From Octopus sinensis (taxonomy: Eukaryota), in NCBI RefSeq assembly GCF_006345805.1, contig NW_021833967.1:1-52631 (forward strand): DNA of 52,631 nucleotides, written 5' to 3'. Shown here one piece after another: positions 25,266 to 37,909 of this stretch (its first letter is position 1; each line of letters begins with the position of its first letter). The notes under the pieces are model-generated. The model worked only from the letters and a program-made list of their open reading frames with translations. It did no database searches and was not told the DNA's origin. The translations under genes were made by a program, and so were the position numbers.

Positions 25266-26043
25266 CTAAATTTAGCAATTTTATGACGGCATTATTTGAG
25301 AGTTTAGCTGGAGAGGAAATTATTATTTATAAGGATAATGCTCCAATTCACAAAAAATAAGGAAATTTTGAAGGCAAACAAGTAGAACATACAATTCGAA
25401 GATTTGATGCACCATATTCTCCGCAGATAAATCCATGCGAAGGCTGTTTTTCGATTCTCAAAATCGGGATAAAGACATATTTATACAATCACAACAATCC
25501 TCATAACGATGTTCATGCAGCAGGAAATGGAAGGAATTTCGAGCACTATTATTACAAAATGCGTTAGAATATTCTATGACAAATCTAACTCGGGAGAAAA
25601 TTCGGTATTTTTACAGTAATGCAGAAAAATCATTGCAAATTGTACGATTGGGATTCCATTAACCTGATTAATAAAATTGTCTTTATTAACTCTCATCTTG
25701 ATTTAGCCGATTAGAAAAGTCCTTATGTGCGTCCAAACAGCAAAATTTGTCAAAATTTACGTAAAAAGTGTCAAAATTTAACAGCGCATTGTCAAAATCG
25801 AACTGAAAATGGTGAAAAACAACAAAGTATATTTATAACCCCAAAGTTACACATCATAGTGGTAAAAAACAACAGTCATAATTCTCCAATCAAATGCAAA
25901 GACCGTAAGAAAATGTTTGTGCCAACCAGAATACACCTCCAAATCTTCATTACAAGTTTCCTTATCCAATGATAATTCGTTAGAATAAATGCAACCATTA
26001 ATAAAATCTTTGTGTAACAAATTGTATTATTAAAAAATAGATA

Positions 26044-27548
26044 TTAATTACGACATGCCTCAGGAGTAGGAGGATGTCCGTGAAAGGCGTCTACCAATTC
26101 AATGATGGAGACATAAAGGACAAAAACCATAAGCATCAGACTACCCAAAATAACAACATAGTCCAAAATTGCTCGCCACTTGTAGGGACCAAAGTACTGA
26201 GGCTCATCATGGAATGTCATCAACTCGACAACAGCAGGGAGGATAACTCCAAGAGATATCCCACAAAACGCCCCCAAAACTGACATCATCATAGACAAGT
26301 AAGGAATCCCAATCGAAGCTCCTACTGCAAAATAATGTAAAAACAAACACGAAAGAAGCAGTACAGCCAGTCTGACAATCATTTCAAACTTATATTCTCC
26401 AATTCGGCCAATGATTGATTGGAACAAATGAGGTCGATAGAACTGTCCGACAACCAATTTGATCATAACATAGAACTGCAATCCGAACGAAACAAACACC
26501 GAACATATCAGCATAAATCGAAGTGAAAGCGACAGACTAAAAGTTGTAAATATAAAAGTACGTGTCATTAAGAGGAAGATTGAGTGCAACAAGACCACAG
26601 AGTTTGTCCCCATATTTCAAATTCCCAAGAAATTGAAGTCCCCACGTAAGAATAACCTGGATGGATAAACAGAATGTATATATTCCCATAAAGTACTGTT
26701 TCTTCTCCATGATAGAATAGAGAGGAAGGACCTACTCACTGAGAGATGAGACAGACCAAAGTGATCCCCTCGACGGAGTAAATACTGGCCCCAAAAAACA
26801 CAGCCACACCTCTGAAATCGCCCACTAAACGGAGAGAGGACAGTGGATTATTTGTCAGACTGGAGAAATACAACACCAACAGGACCCCGATGAGTGTGCA
26901 AAGGTTGGCAAACAGTGAAAAATATGACAACAAGTCCAAATCATGTAGGAATATATATATCAGGAGAGGACACGTGACAAAAATAAAATAAGTCGTCAAC
27001 GAAAGACTGTTAGGATGGAATTCGTTTATAATCTACTTTAAAACAGTCAGGGTCCCACCTGTCGCATTGTTGAGCCCAGGAATATTATGTACACAGAAGT
27101 GGCACCAAATTGAAATATAAACACAATGCAATTTGTCATGATTCTTCCAGCCTCCCCAATTTTCCGGGGAAGGAGACTTGAATTTTGAGAGGCGGTGAAA
27201 ACTAGGTCCCCTAAATCCAAATGGGGGACCGAGATTTTAGCACATACGTGGGAATAACATCGAACTAGAACTCCAATTTGATAAATGTTGATAATACATA
27301 AAGCCATGAAAGTGGGAATTCCAATCTGTCATTATTTTGCAAAAAAAACCGCGATTCCTGCACGGTTGGCAGCATAAGGGGAGGAAAGGACTCCTACTCC
27401 GATCATGCCTTTCATCATATTCAGAAATATTCGAATTTCCCTACGAATTGAGACTCGATCGTAACGATGTGTCGGAAATATTTTTGTTAGATCCGTCCGA
27501 ACTGACGAGATGGGCACATTCGTCTTTAACAGATTCTGTGCACGACAT
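26044..27548 (-). CDS. Proton-coupled amino acid transporter, SLC36/PAT-like (Aa_trans family)
   Basis: FLNMMKGMIGVGVLSSPYA, FQFGATSVY, LSYFSLFAN, FFGASIYSVEGI, LGAFCGISLGVILPAVVE. ATG at 27548 inferred from a 25-nt first intron. Confidence 0.88.
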
Positions 27549-27979
27549 TTCAATATGTTTTAATGGACAAAAAATCTACTTAACTTTTTCCTATTTATTG
27601 TGTTTAAAATCAAATTCTTTTTTGAATATTACAAATATTATTTAATTCAATAATTTTAAACTTTTCTGGTATTTATTGAATTTAATTGATTTTTTAATCG
27701 ATTCGATTTTTTTAAATACAAACACATCAGGTTTTGACCAACCACAATTATTTAAGACAGAGAAAACCACATATAAAAGACTTTTAATAATTTAAATTTA
27801 TTGATTTATCTTTTGTTTAAAATCGATTGCCGTCATCCGCTTTCATTTTTTTTATTTTATTATTTCTAGAATTTTTTTCTTTGTTTTTTGAAACTAACCA
27901 CTAAAAAATAATTAAAGGTGTGAAAATACGACTGTAAAATAAATACACGAATCAGTAGATTAGTATGAAAAACATTTTT

Positions 27980-29420
27980 TATGTCTTAACAGAATTTGCA
28001 CGACATGTCAAACTAAAACAGATCTTTTTATGGGTCTTTCCGAAATGTTGGATGAATTCCACTCTTAATTGGAACCCCTATTTGAGTAAACACTCTAAAT
28101 TTTGGACAACATACAGTAAAATTACCGGAACCCAAACAAAGGCCGAAGTAATTCCCCTACGAGGATGCCTTTCGAGCCAAGAGGAGACAACTGAACTCCT
28201 CCGCAATCAGCTTGCATCTGCCTCCTTACCAAAGCCTCCTCGAGTAAAATACACAAGCAGATTAAAACTTTACCCAATTAGTGAATCTGAGAAGCAATAA
28301 GAGTAGCCAAAAATGCGGCCCCATGATATGACAAGATTCCAATGGTCTGTTTTAAGCATGCACCAGATTGTCTGGTGTATCTGCTTACAAACCTTTTTAA
28401 CTCCAAAATATTCAATTTGAAAGGATATGTTTCAAAATCATGGAAAAAAAACAAAGTTCGAATAGTTTGAAAAACTAAGAAACGTAAAGAAGAAGCCTAA
28501 TCTGTTATACATCGAAGATAATGGAGAAAATTATATATAAGACTAATATTGCACATAGAGAAGAACCACTTGCTCTCTCAAGATTAGTGGGGTTTTTACC
28601 CAAACCGGTTCTGTGCTGACTGCATTTTTCGACTGAATTCGATAATATCTAAGGCACGAGATTCTGACTTATCGACTTAGTCCTGCTAAAAAACCTTGAA
28701 AACTGTGACATTGATGTGGAAATTCTTAAATGGTTAGAGAGCTTTTTGAATGGGAGGATCTCTTCTGTCAAACTTGGCCAAGATTCAAAAGCCATTCTCC
28801 AAAAAAGGGGAGTACCTCAAGGCTTAGTTCTCAGCCTACTTCTATTTAACGTGTACATGGCAGACTCTCCAAAACCTGTGTTTATCTCAATTAACGTGCT
28901 TATTTATGCTGATGACATTATTATTACGGACGAAGCAATCCTACCGACAACATCGTAAATGAAACTAAAAATCTACTAAGAGCAAATAAAACAGTGGATG
29001 GCATTAAAGTACTTGACTCTGTCAATTGAAAAGTGCACGCTCACTCGAGTATCAGCAAGAAGTGCAAAAACATACACGATTGACGTTATTCAGAAGATCC
29101 AATCGTTTTTATACCTGGGAGTTCAATTTTCTGAAAATGGAAAGTGTGACGAAGACACACAAATGATCATATCCCTTATTAAATTTTGCCTACCTCCTGA
29201 GACGGTGCTATTCATTTTCCGAGTTGCCATTCTTCCTGTGCTGATGTATGGGCTGGAAGGGTGGATCTTGTCCCCTTCTAAGGCAAGAATTGTTAAAATA
29301 CTACAAAAAACTAGAAGACTAGCGCTCAAGGTGGCCTTTGATGTAAATCTACCGAGCTTTCAGGAAACTTTTCCTATGATTGGTGACCTTGTTGAAAGTT
29401 AGTTCCGAAAGTATCTAGAG
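27980..29420 (+). mobile_element. Degenerate APE-type LINE RT remnant
   Basis: GVPQGLVLSLLLFNVYM, YADD, YLGVQF, ILPVLMYG; multiple stops. Confidence 0.7.
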
Positions 29421-29689
29421 AAGAGAACGAAATAGCGATGGACGACTTTATGAGTAAGGCCTCCTACTGGCCCTTAACTTTATGTCCGATATCTTTTTTG
29501 TGAAAATAAACCTGTCTTATTTTATTGAATCTCGCAAAATTTGGTTTTTTCTCAGGCTTTTGATAATCTATTGGGTTTGCTGATTCTAGTGTTTTTGAAA
29601 TTTTTCCACTAGCATCCTCAAAATCTTTTATTTTCAGAATCGTATTAATTATGATAACTGTTAATTTTGAAAATCACAATTCGCCATTT

Positions 29690-31030
29690 GCCCCACCGCG
29701 AATAGCAAGCGAATTACCTCGCAAGATTGCTATCGATACTCTCTGATACATCCACCTGGTTTCCCGGGAGTCATTTGTCTTCCTCCCAATAAGCTTCCCG
29801 ATCGACGAAAGAATCCTTATGTGTTAGGAAGCGATGCGTACTTCCTCCGTTTGTTTTCTTCGGCCGGCGAGACGCAAAGCTAGGACACAACACAGACTGA
29901 GTAACGGTATCCGGAGCAAAAGTTCCCGCACAGGTTACATCCCATATGAACACTTTCCATCGCTAAATGGGAAGACCGTCATTCCGTCCGGACGTTTGCA
30001 GTCTCCGCGATCTGGACCAATGGGCTCCAGAACCGAAGGGAAGCCTGCGGCATTAAGGCCCCGTTTGACGACTTTTTTTAAACTGGAGTGTCTCGGGGTA
30101 CGTCCAGCGCTTAACCGTGGAGGACATCAGAGTCTATCAACTGTGCACACTTGCACGGATGAGGATGGCAAAGAGTCAAAGACAGGCGCCGAGTCGAACT
30201 GACTCATCATCAAAAGTAAACCGGCTGAAGATAGTGGGACGGCATTTAACCAGTCCCCTGAGTGTGATTGTGCGGCTGCGTTCATTGAGGCGAGTTCAAT
30301 TTGATCGACGCTTGGTTTCAGGGATTTCACGATTTCTTTACAAATCTGGATGGAATCCTAACTTTTTGAAAATGATCCAGCTCGAGAATGACACAGTTCG
30401 AAATGTTTAGGAAAGGAAAAAGACAGAATTGACAAAATTTCTCGATGTCGAGAGCGAAGATAGGTAGCAAGACAGAGAATGTCCATATACAAGCGGATAC
30501 CAATATTACCGAATAGTAGAGGTAACATTACATGAGTAAGTTTGTCTCCATAGAAGTTAACATTGAGTAATTTCTCAAAAGACTTCCAGATAATAGAATC
30601 CAGGTCAGACAACAGGTTGAGTTCCAGGAAACATTGGGATAAACGAAGTAAGTAGGTGAGACGCGGAATACAAAGTTAGTTGTAATGAGGAATAGCCCCA
30701 CGTGTGCATGGAGGTCGGAGATTTGTTTCCAGGGTCAGAAATAGATCACGTTTTTTATCCGCGATAGCAGTAGATAACCCTCCACCGGAGATTGGCGAAC
30801 CAAAAACAACCAGATCTTTCAGGGTTGTATGTATAAAGGTAGGTATATTGAACAAGTTATTAAATTTACTTATAACGAAAATGTAAGACAGTAAAATTAA
30901 CAAAAATCTGTCAATAAGGATTTCTTTGTATTTATCTTCAATTCAGCACTTGATTTTTTGTTCTGATAAATCAGTCTCCTGGCGAGATAAAATAATGCAG
31001 GGTCTTGAGTGCAAGCAGAGTTTTTGAACA
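29690..31030 (-). mobile_element. CRE-like retrotransposon 3' half (late RT + REL)
   Basis: LVVFGSPI, AAAQSHSGDWLNAVPLSSAGL, LEPIGPDRGDCKRPDG, FIWDVTC, AILRGN. Confidence 0.85.
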
Positions 31031-31143
31031 TTTGTGCACGTTAATTTATACCTTCGTTCCTATTACATAATCACCAAAATTGCACGTTTTGGGTACGAGT
31101 AGATAAGAATACCAACTGTAGGCGACATGGTGTTCGTGATCTA

Positions 31144-31790
31144 ATGAACTTTTGTAACATTTGCAACACTTCGAACAGTCAAAAACGTTGGATTTACTGC
31201 GAAACTTGTTCAAATCCTTTTCACATTTGCTGTGCCAAAGTGACTAAGAGAGCCATGTCTGCTATTCTCACATCGAATTGTTCTTCATGCCTGGGCATAG
31301 ACCGAAGCAATCCAGTATGTCGTCCAAACCCTTCCGACCGGGCTCTGTCCGACTCTATTTCTCATATCGGAGAGACGCAAATGTCGCAACATCCCTGTGA
31401 GGATCCCCAAGCAGCACGAGCTGCTGCGGCCGATGCCTTATCAACTTGCATTCGACTTCTGAGCTTTGCTCCCTGGGTTCTCGGTGCCCTATAAAAGCTG
31501 ATCGGGATACAACATCTCTAGCCACTCGAATGAATAAAAACATCCACTCCTTCATGGCTCAGGAATACTGCTCAGACTCGCCCCCACTCCAATCATCAAA
31601 GTCACACAAACAGACTCAAAGCCGCAAACATGAAATTAGAATACCGAGGGCGGAGTACGGGCATTCCTCAGAAGCCGACGGGCTCCGCCCTGGATATCTG
31701 AAGATACTAATTGTCCGCACAGTTCCAGTCTGGTACACGTCTGCTCAAATCATTACTTGTCTGATAAATCAAATGGTCCAAGAAAATATT
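31144..31790 (+). mobile_element. CRE-like retrotransposon 5' part with PHD finger, inverted relative to the adjacent 3' half
   Basis: Cys4-His-Cys3 pattern (CNIC...CETC....HICC...CSSC), then AARAAAADAL..IRLLSFAP..SLATRMNKNI and ADGLRPGYLK resembling the CRE pre-RT region; internal deletions. Confidence 0.65.
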
Positions 31791-32059
31791 CAAACTTGAC
31801 ATGCGACATTCAATTTTGACACTTTTTGCATCAATTTTAACAATGCGACCGTTTGACAACCTCTGTTCTAGACCTAGTCAGCCTTTCCCGGAATGACAGT
31901 ATAAATACTAAACATCTGCACTTTCTACTTCATATTTATAACTCGTTGAATGCTCATTTTTACTGTATAAAATGAATTTAAACTCCATGGATATTGAAAA
32001 TGAGTTTTTCATATCTTTTTGTGTTGTGTTGCATTATTACGATGGCTCCATCGTCAAGC

Positions 32060-32740
32060 TCTATCACCAAAATTGTCTACATTGACGATGTTGATTCGCT
32101 TCGGACAACAATGTTACTTTAATTGATCTTCTAAACAATTCTCCGAGAACTCTCGATAGAAATTAGAGTTAGTGTTGTGAAGAAACTTGGCTCTCTGTTC
32201 GAAACAGCACCTAGCCCTCTACGTGGAATTTACTGGCCATCTAAAATCAATAATCAATCGGTCTACAAACAATATAACGCAGCGGTTCGCAACCGTGGTC
32301 CCAAAAATTTTTTTTAAACAAACAAGATCAGGAATCTCATTGAGTTGCCGTTAAATTGTTTGTTATTTTTATAATTTTCACAAAAATTGTGCAAAAAATG
32401 TTAGCAAAAATATTTATTTTATTTAAGATAATCTTCACCAAATTTTATAGTACAAAAGTAGTCTCCAGTCTAAAAAAAAGTTGAGAACCGCTGCTATACG
32501 TTAATTATGCCCTAACCACAGAAATTTTTGCAAACCGCTGGAAATTTTTGGACACATTTGAAGACTGGGTCCAGCCACTCCCGCTAATCTCGCAATGCAA
32601 AAATACTTAATGGAGTATTGTGAGAAATAATGTGAAAGACTGCGATTTACCCTTCCGGGAGTGTTGGTACGGATCTTAACTCCGTTGTTAAGAGCTTACA
32701 AAACGGTGATGACCAGAAATCTCTACACCCTCTCGCTCAC
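32060..32740 (+). mobile_element. Degenerate RTE-like LINE fragment
   Basis: IVYIDDVD, KKLGSL, IYWPSKINN, RWKFFGHI..PATPANLAMQKY. Confidence 0.6.
32280..32493. mobile_element. hAT (Buster-type) MITE
   Basis: TIRs CAGCGGTTCGCAAC / GTTGAGAACCGCTG, 214 bp, degenerate TA-centred TSD. Confidence 0.65.
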
Positions 32741-32879
32741 TTGTGATATTATAACTTTTTTAATGCTCATATGAATGTGTAATAATAACTGCCTTTAGCT
32801 CTTTTAGGATAATTTTATACTTTCACGTTTTATCATGTCTTTTTTAGTTTTTTTCGTAAATGCATGTGCTAGATAATTT

Positions 32880-33190
32880 GTAAGTCACTGTCAAATATGT
32901 TCTTTGAAGCAAGGAAGTAATTTCTCTGATATTGAATGTTATTGATATGAGTTTTCAGAAAATTCAAAACAAGCTTGGATTAGTGGAAAGATATTTATAA
33001 ACTGGCTAATAAATTTTTATCTTGATTCGAAAAAAAACAAATTTTACTCCTCATCAAACCGTCCCTCGCATTACATTCAGAAAAGTTCAAAACATCGAAA
33101 TCGTGTTTTTCTTCAAAATAGCACTGGCTAACATCAGCCTACGGATTTGGAATTATAAAAACTTTTAAACACATTGTCACCGGTTTTATA
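32880..33190 (+). mobile_element. pogo/Tigger DDE remnant
   Basis: NSKQAWISGKIFINWL, NIEIVF, QPTDLG.IIKTFK. Confidence 0.6.
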
Positions 33191-33249
33191 GCCCACTGGG
33201 TTGGATAACCCACCTACTGCCATATTTTATAACGACAAACCAACTTAAT

Positions 33250-34380
33250 GAAATAAAAAATTTTGATGACACCACTACTATATACGATAAAGAGAAAAGG
33301 AGAAGGCTCAGGACGCTTAAAAATCGTTTTTGCTTCAAAGTTCCTGAAAAAACGTATATATGAAGCATATGAATACTCATTTTGGTAGAGACCAAATATA
33401 TTCAGTAACAAATGAAGAAATTTGTAGTGTGACGGCAAAATGTGTCTATTGCCAAGTAATGTTATTAATCAGTGTTAATCGAAAAATTTCATGGCAACAA
33501 AACCAACTATCACCCCCATAATTGCAAGAGGACCTAGAGATCGGTATATTGCAGATTTAGTGGATCTAAGAAGATATTCAAACCTTAACAGCAATTATGG
33601 ATGGGTCTTTTTTTTGAATAAGTCATAGTTGGTTGTTGTAATCGACTCTTTTTCTAAATTTGCAGTGGTAAAACTTGCTAAAACGAAATCAGCTGAAGAA
33701 ATAACAAGAAAGTTAAAAAAGATTTTCTTCTCAATCCGACCCCCGTTTATCTTGCAAACAGACAATGGGAAAGAGTTCAAGAATAAATGCATGGAAATAA
33801 TGTGCTCCGATTAAACATCACTCATGTGGACGACCTAGAGCACCCTGGGTTCAGGGGCAAGTGGAGAGGTGCATACAACGGAATGCTAGGGAAATTCAAG
33901 GATTTTATCAAGAAATTGTATACAAATATAACACTACACAACATGAAACTACAAATGGGCGCCCTTCAAAATTTTTATGGGGGATAAAAGAGATTTGGAA
34001 AGAACAGAAGATCAAATAAATGCATTGTTAATGTTTGACGGAACAAATGCAGAACAAAGAGATGAGTCAAATTCGAATTATTTTGAAAATGACGATAAAA
34101 GAACTGAAAAAACAGTGCATTAAAACCTTGTTAAAGCTGGAGAGAAAATGAAAAAACGTCGTAAGTGGAAATATGACGCAGAAAACATTGAAATTGGAGA
34201 TACAGTGCTGCTGAAACACGACAGGGATGATAACCTTGGTAACCGTAGATACCCATTATATGACTAACTGGATATAAATAAGTACACAGTTTCAGAAAAA
34301 TTTGAAACTACGTGTATTATTATAAAGATAATGGAGAAACAGTATCAAACGTGCATTTAAGTAGATTAAAAAATTTGATT
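33250..34380 (+). mobile_element. Ginger/KRBA2-like DDE integrase remnant
   Basis: H..THFGRD...CVYCQ (HHCC), RYIADLVD, VIDSFSKF, ILQTDNGKEF, GRPRAPWVQGQVER. No LTR, gag or RT nearby. Confidence 0.75.
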
Positions 34381-34791
34381 AAAATTTTGAAATTTTTAAA
34401 TGAATTAATTCTTATTTTTTATTGACTCCCATTAAATAAATAAAATTTTATTTATTTTAAAAATGTAAAGCACAAATGAATGATGTGTGATTTATGCAAC
34501 AGGCAGAAATATAAAAACTAATAAAAAGAAGAAAATCAAAGTTAATTATATTATCAGATGATTTTTAGATTATATTTATACAACTTTGGAAAAAATGATT
34601 AAAAAATGAAATATTTGATGCAAAAAACAAAAATGAAATTGCGGTCACGTAACTGCTATTAAAATCTTGAAAACGAAAATAACAAAATTCTTAAAATCAC
34701 AAACTTTATGAATTTCTTAAAAACAATAACGATGAAAATGACAATTTAAACAGCACAATTACTGAAGTTTCTAAAAGAAAAATGTACTGCA

Positions 34792-35516
34792 TCTTAATAA
34801 TAAAATGGTATGGTGTGTGTCTGTCTGTCTGTCTGTGTGTCTGTCTGTCTGTCTGTGCACACCCACATTCAAATTGTTACAAACCAGATCAAATTGTCAA
34901 AACCTTCCCTTTTGTAGTTATTCGATAATGAGGCACAATAAAAGGTTGATATCCTCTAAGAACCTTCCTGTCAAAAAATTTTAATAAGAAAGAATATCCT
35001 CGACGATGAGGTCCCCCAAAACCTTCAAGTCAAAAAATTAAAAACAAATTATTTTCTGCGTTTTTGTTAAAATGAACAATAAGAAAGTCCTCGACTCACA
35101 TGGTGTGGTCCCCCAAAACCTTCGAGCTCTTAATAATAAAATGGTATGGTGTGTGTCTGTCTGTGTGTCTGTCTGTCTGTGCACACCCACATTCAAATTG
35201 TTACAAACCAGATCAAATTGTCAAAACCTTCCCTTTTGTAGTTATTCGATAATGAGGCACAATAAAAGGTTGATATCCTCTAAGAACCTTCCTGTCAAAA
35301 AATTTTAATAAGAAAGAATATCCTCGATGATGAGGTCCCCCAAAACCTTCAAGTCAAAAAATTAAAAACAAATTATTTTCTGCGTTTTTGTTAAAATGAA
35401 CAATAAGAAAGTCCTCGACTCACATGGTGTGGTCCCCCAAAACCTTCGAGCCAAAAAATTAAACAAAATTATTTTCTGCGTTTTTGTTAAAATGAACAAC
35501 AAGAAAGTCCTCGACT
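34792..35516 (+). repeat. Tandem ~325-336-bp Helitron 5'-end modules, copy 1
   Basis: Units start at 34792 and 35128, each with TCTTAATAATAAAATGG; internal sub-repeats containing CCCCAAAACCTTC and AAGAAAG..TCCTCGAC. Confidence 0.9.
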
Positions 35517-36316
35517 TAAAAAATGCACAAAAAATTATATATACCAAAAAACATTAAAAAATGCAAAACTTAAAATCAAATGAAAACAATGCAAACAGAT
35601 AAAAAAAATGAACAACAATAAAGAAAACCAATTTTGTACTTTAAAAATTTAATAACGTATTTTTTCTAAAATATTTTTTTAATGATATTCGTTCATATTA
35701 GACATCTAAATTACAAATTGCCATTTATAAATTACCTTGAATTGACTATCTGTACTCTTCTTCCTTATAATACACAAAAGATGAAGCTAATTACTGTTTT
35801 CGATCGCCAAAATTTACATGTTCAATTTAAAAAAGCTTTAAGGCCTGTTTATGTTAGAGGCAATTTGAATAGAATTGCATAGCAAATTTAATATATAATC
35901 CCTTCCAGCCAAAAGAGGCAATCTGAATAGAATTGCATACCAATTAAATATATAATCCCTTCCAGTCAAATAATTTAGAAATTTAATAATGAATTTATGC
36001 AATTTAACAAGGTCTATAATGCTAATGTTTAAATGCCTTAAAAGATAGAGCCAATTAAAATTCAAATTAGTCATCTAAATTACATTTACCTTTATTCAAA
36101 TCTTTCCTTATAATATCTCAAAAAAGTGGCTTATTATCTTTTTAATCGCCGAAACTGACAACCTCAAGTATGCTAATCTTTAAATTAAAAAGTAAAAAGC
36201 AATTTTAATAAAGATTTACATAATTGATTATCTATTGACAAGACATTTATGCGAAAACGCGTAGAAATATTAACTATTTATTTCTGTTTTTGCGTTAACT
36301 TTAAATTTATTTGGGT

Positions 36317-37780
36317 ATGCCTGTTTTAATTATCTATCTTATCGTTCTTAAATCTGTTAAATAACTACTCGGTGTGTTATGTGACTGTTGATTCTAATTT
36401 AATTTGTTTTTTAAGCTCAAAAATCAAAAATACTCCCCCCATCCCCCCTACAAAAATAGAAGAAAATACAAATCAAAAATTCTATCATTTTTATTGATGC
36501 ACCGGGTGGAACAGGTAAGACCTATCTTCTAAATCTATTATTAGCTAAGGTCAGAAGCGAAAATAAACTAGCTTTAGCAGTTGCATCTTCTGGAATTGCT
36601 GCAACTCTTTTAGATGGCGGTCGAACCGCACATTCGACATTCAACATTCCGTTGAATCTCTCATATACTACTGAACCGGTTTGTAATGTAAAAAAAAATT
36701 CAACTACGGGTAATAGAATTATGCATTCTAGGTTAATTGTTTGGGATGAATGTACGATGGCTCATAAAGGCGCATTCGAAGCAGTTGATCGAACATATAG
36801 AGATATCAAGAATTGTAGCGACCATTTATTTGGGGGAGCAATAGTTGTATTGGCAGGTGATTTTAGACAGACGCTGCCAATTATTCAAAGAGGGACGCCT
36901 GCGGATGAATTGAATGCCTGCCTCAATCGTCATATTTGTGGACACACGTGAAAAGGTAAGCTTAGATGTAAATGTACGTGCACATTTACAAGGCGTTAAT
37001 AGCATATTCCCACAAATCCTTCTAGATATTGGAAATGGGGCAATCACTTCAGAAATGCAAGACCAGAAAATTAGGCTACCGGAAGAATTATGTATTTTCG
37101 TAGAAACAGCAGAAGAATTATTGAATGCCGTCTATTCCGAACTATCTGAACACTACGTGAATTTCGACTGGCTGCGTGAACGAGCTATATTAGCTCCACT
37201 TAATGATGAGGTACTTAATATAAATTTAGATTTATTAATGAAAATCCCTGGCAGAGAAAGAATATATAAATCGGTCGACGTTATTATGGACCATGAAAGG
37301 GCCTGCGAATATCCTGTAGAATTTTTAAATTCCTTAGATCCATCTGGAATGCCGAATCATCTATTGAAATTAAAAATAGGTGTACCGGTTGTGTTACTCC
37401 GCAATCTTGCGCCACCTAAATTATGCAATGGTACAAGGTTGGTTATCAAGAATTTGATGGCTAACGTAATAGAAGCGACAATATTAACAGGTAATTACAG
37501 AGGTGAGGATGTTTATATCCCACGAATACCTCTGATTTCGGAAGAATTACCTTTTAGATTTAAGAGACTACAATTTCCGCTGAAGATAAGTTTTGCTATG
37601 ACAATAAACAAGGCCCAGGGACAGTCTTTAAAGGTAGTAGGCTTATTTTTAGAGAACGAGTGCTTTTCACATGGCCAGCTGTATGTGGGGTGCTCAAGGG
37701 TAGGTAGAAGAGAAAATTTATTTATATTTGCCAAGGATGGACGGACTGCAAACATCGTTTATCCACAGGCCTTAGAATAA
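36317..37780 (+). CDS. Helitron-type Pif1 (SF1B) helicase, near-intact; start tentative
   Basis: IDAPGGTGKT, VASSGIAATLL..GRTAHS, WDECTM, GDFRQTLP, KLCNGTRL, FAMTINKAQGQSL, HGQLYVGCSRV, TANIVYPQALE*. The break near 36925 is read through in copy 2. Confidence 0.75.
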
Positions 37781-37840
37781 GGTTATATCAAAGCAGGTCG
37801 CATTTATATATCTACATAAATTTATACTTATTTAAGGAAA

Positions 37841-37909
37841 CTGCGAGCGTAGCGAGCAGGGCCTCCGCAGGAGCTAGCTCGCAGTGAGCGAAGCGAACTG
37901 CTGAGCTAG
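37841..37909 (+). terminator. Two tandem Helitron 3' hairpin/CTAG terminators
   Basis: CTGC-GA-GC-GTA-GC-GA-GCAG...CTAG (37874-37877), then GCAGT-GA-GC-GAA-GC-GA-ACTGC...CTAG (37906-37909). Confidence 0.85.

Larger units (their letters stand above)
23950..25806 (+). mobile_element. IS630-Tc1-mariner (DD34E) remnant with two nested retroelements
   Basis: GDYIQLARDLGV HTH; DETNFN (restored by removing 24284-24600); DNAPIH...PYSPQINPCE with 34 residues between D and E; TGTCAAAA-rich terminal region at 25742-25806. Confidence 0.7.
34792..37909 (+). mobile_element. Helitron copy 1 (Pif1 helicase, no Rep)
   Basis: A|TC 5' end followed by a (GTCT)n tract; hairpin + CTAG|T 3' end; no TSD; contains a Pif1 domain. 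Confidence 0.92.
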
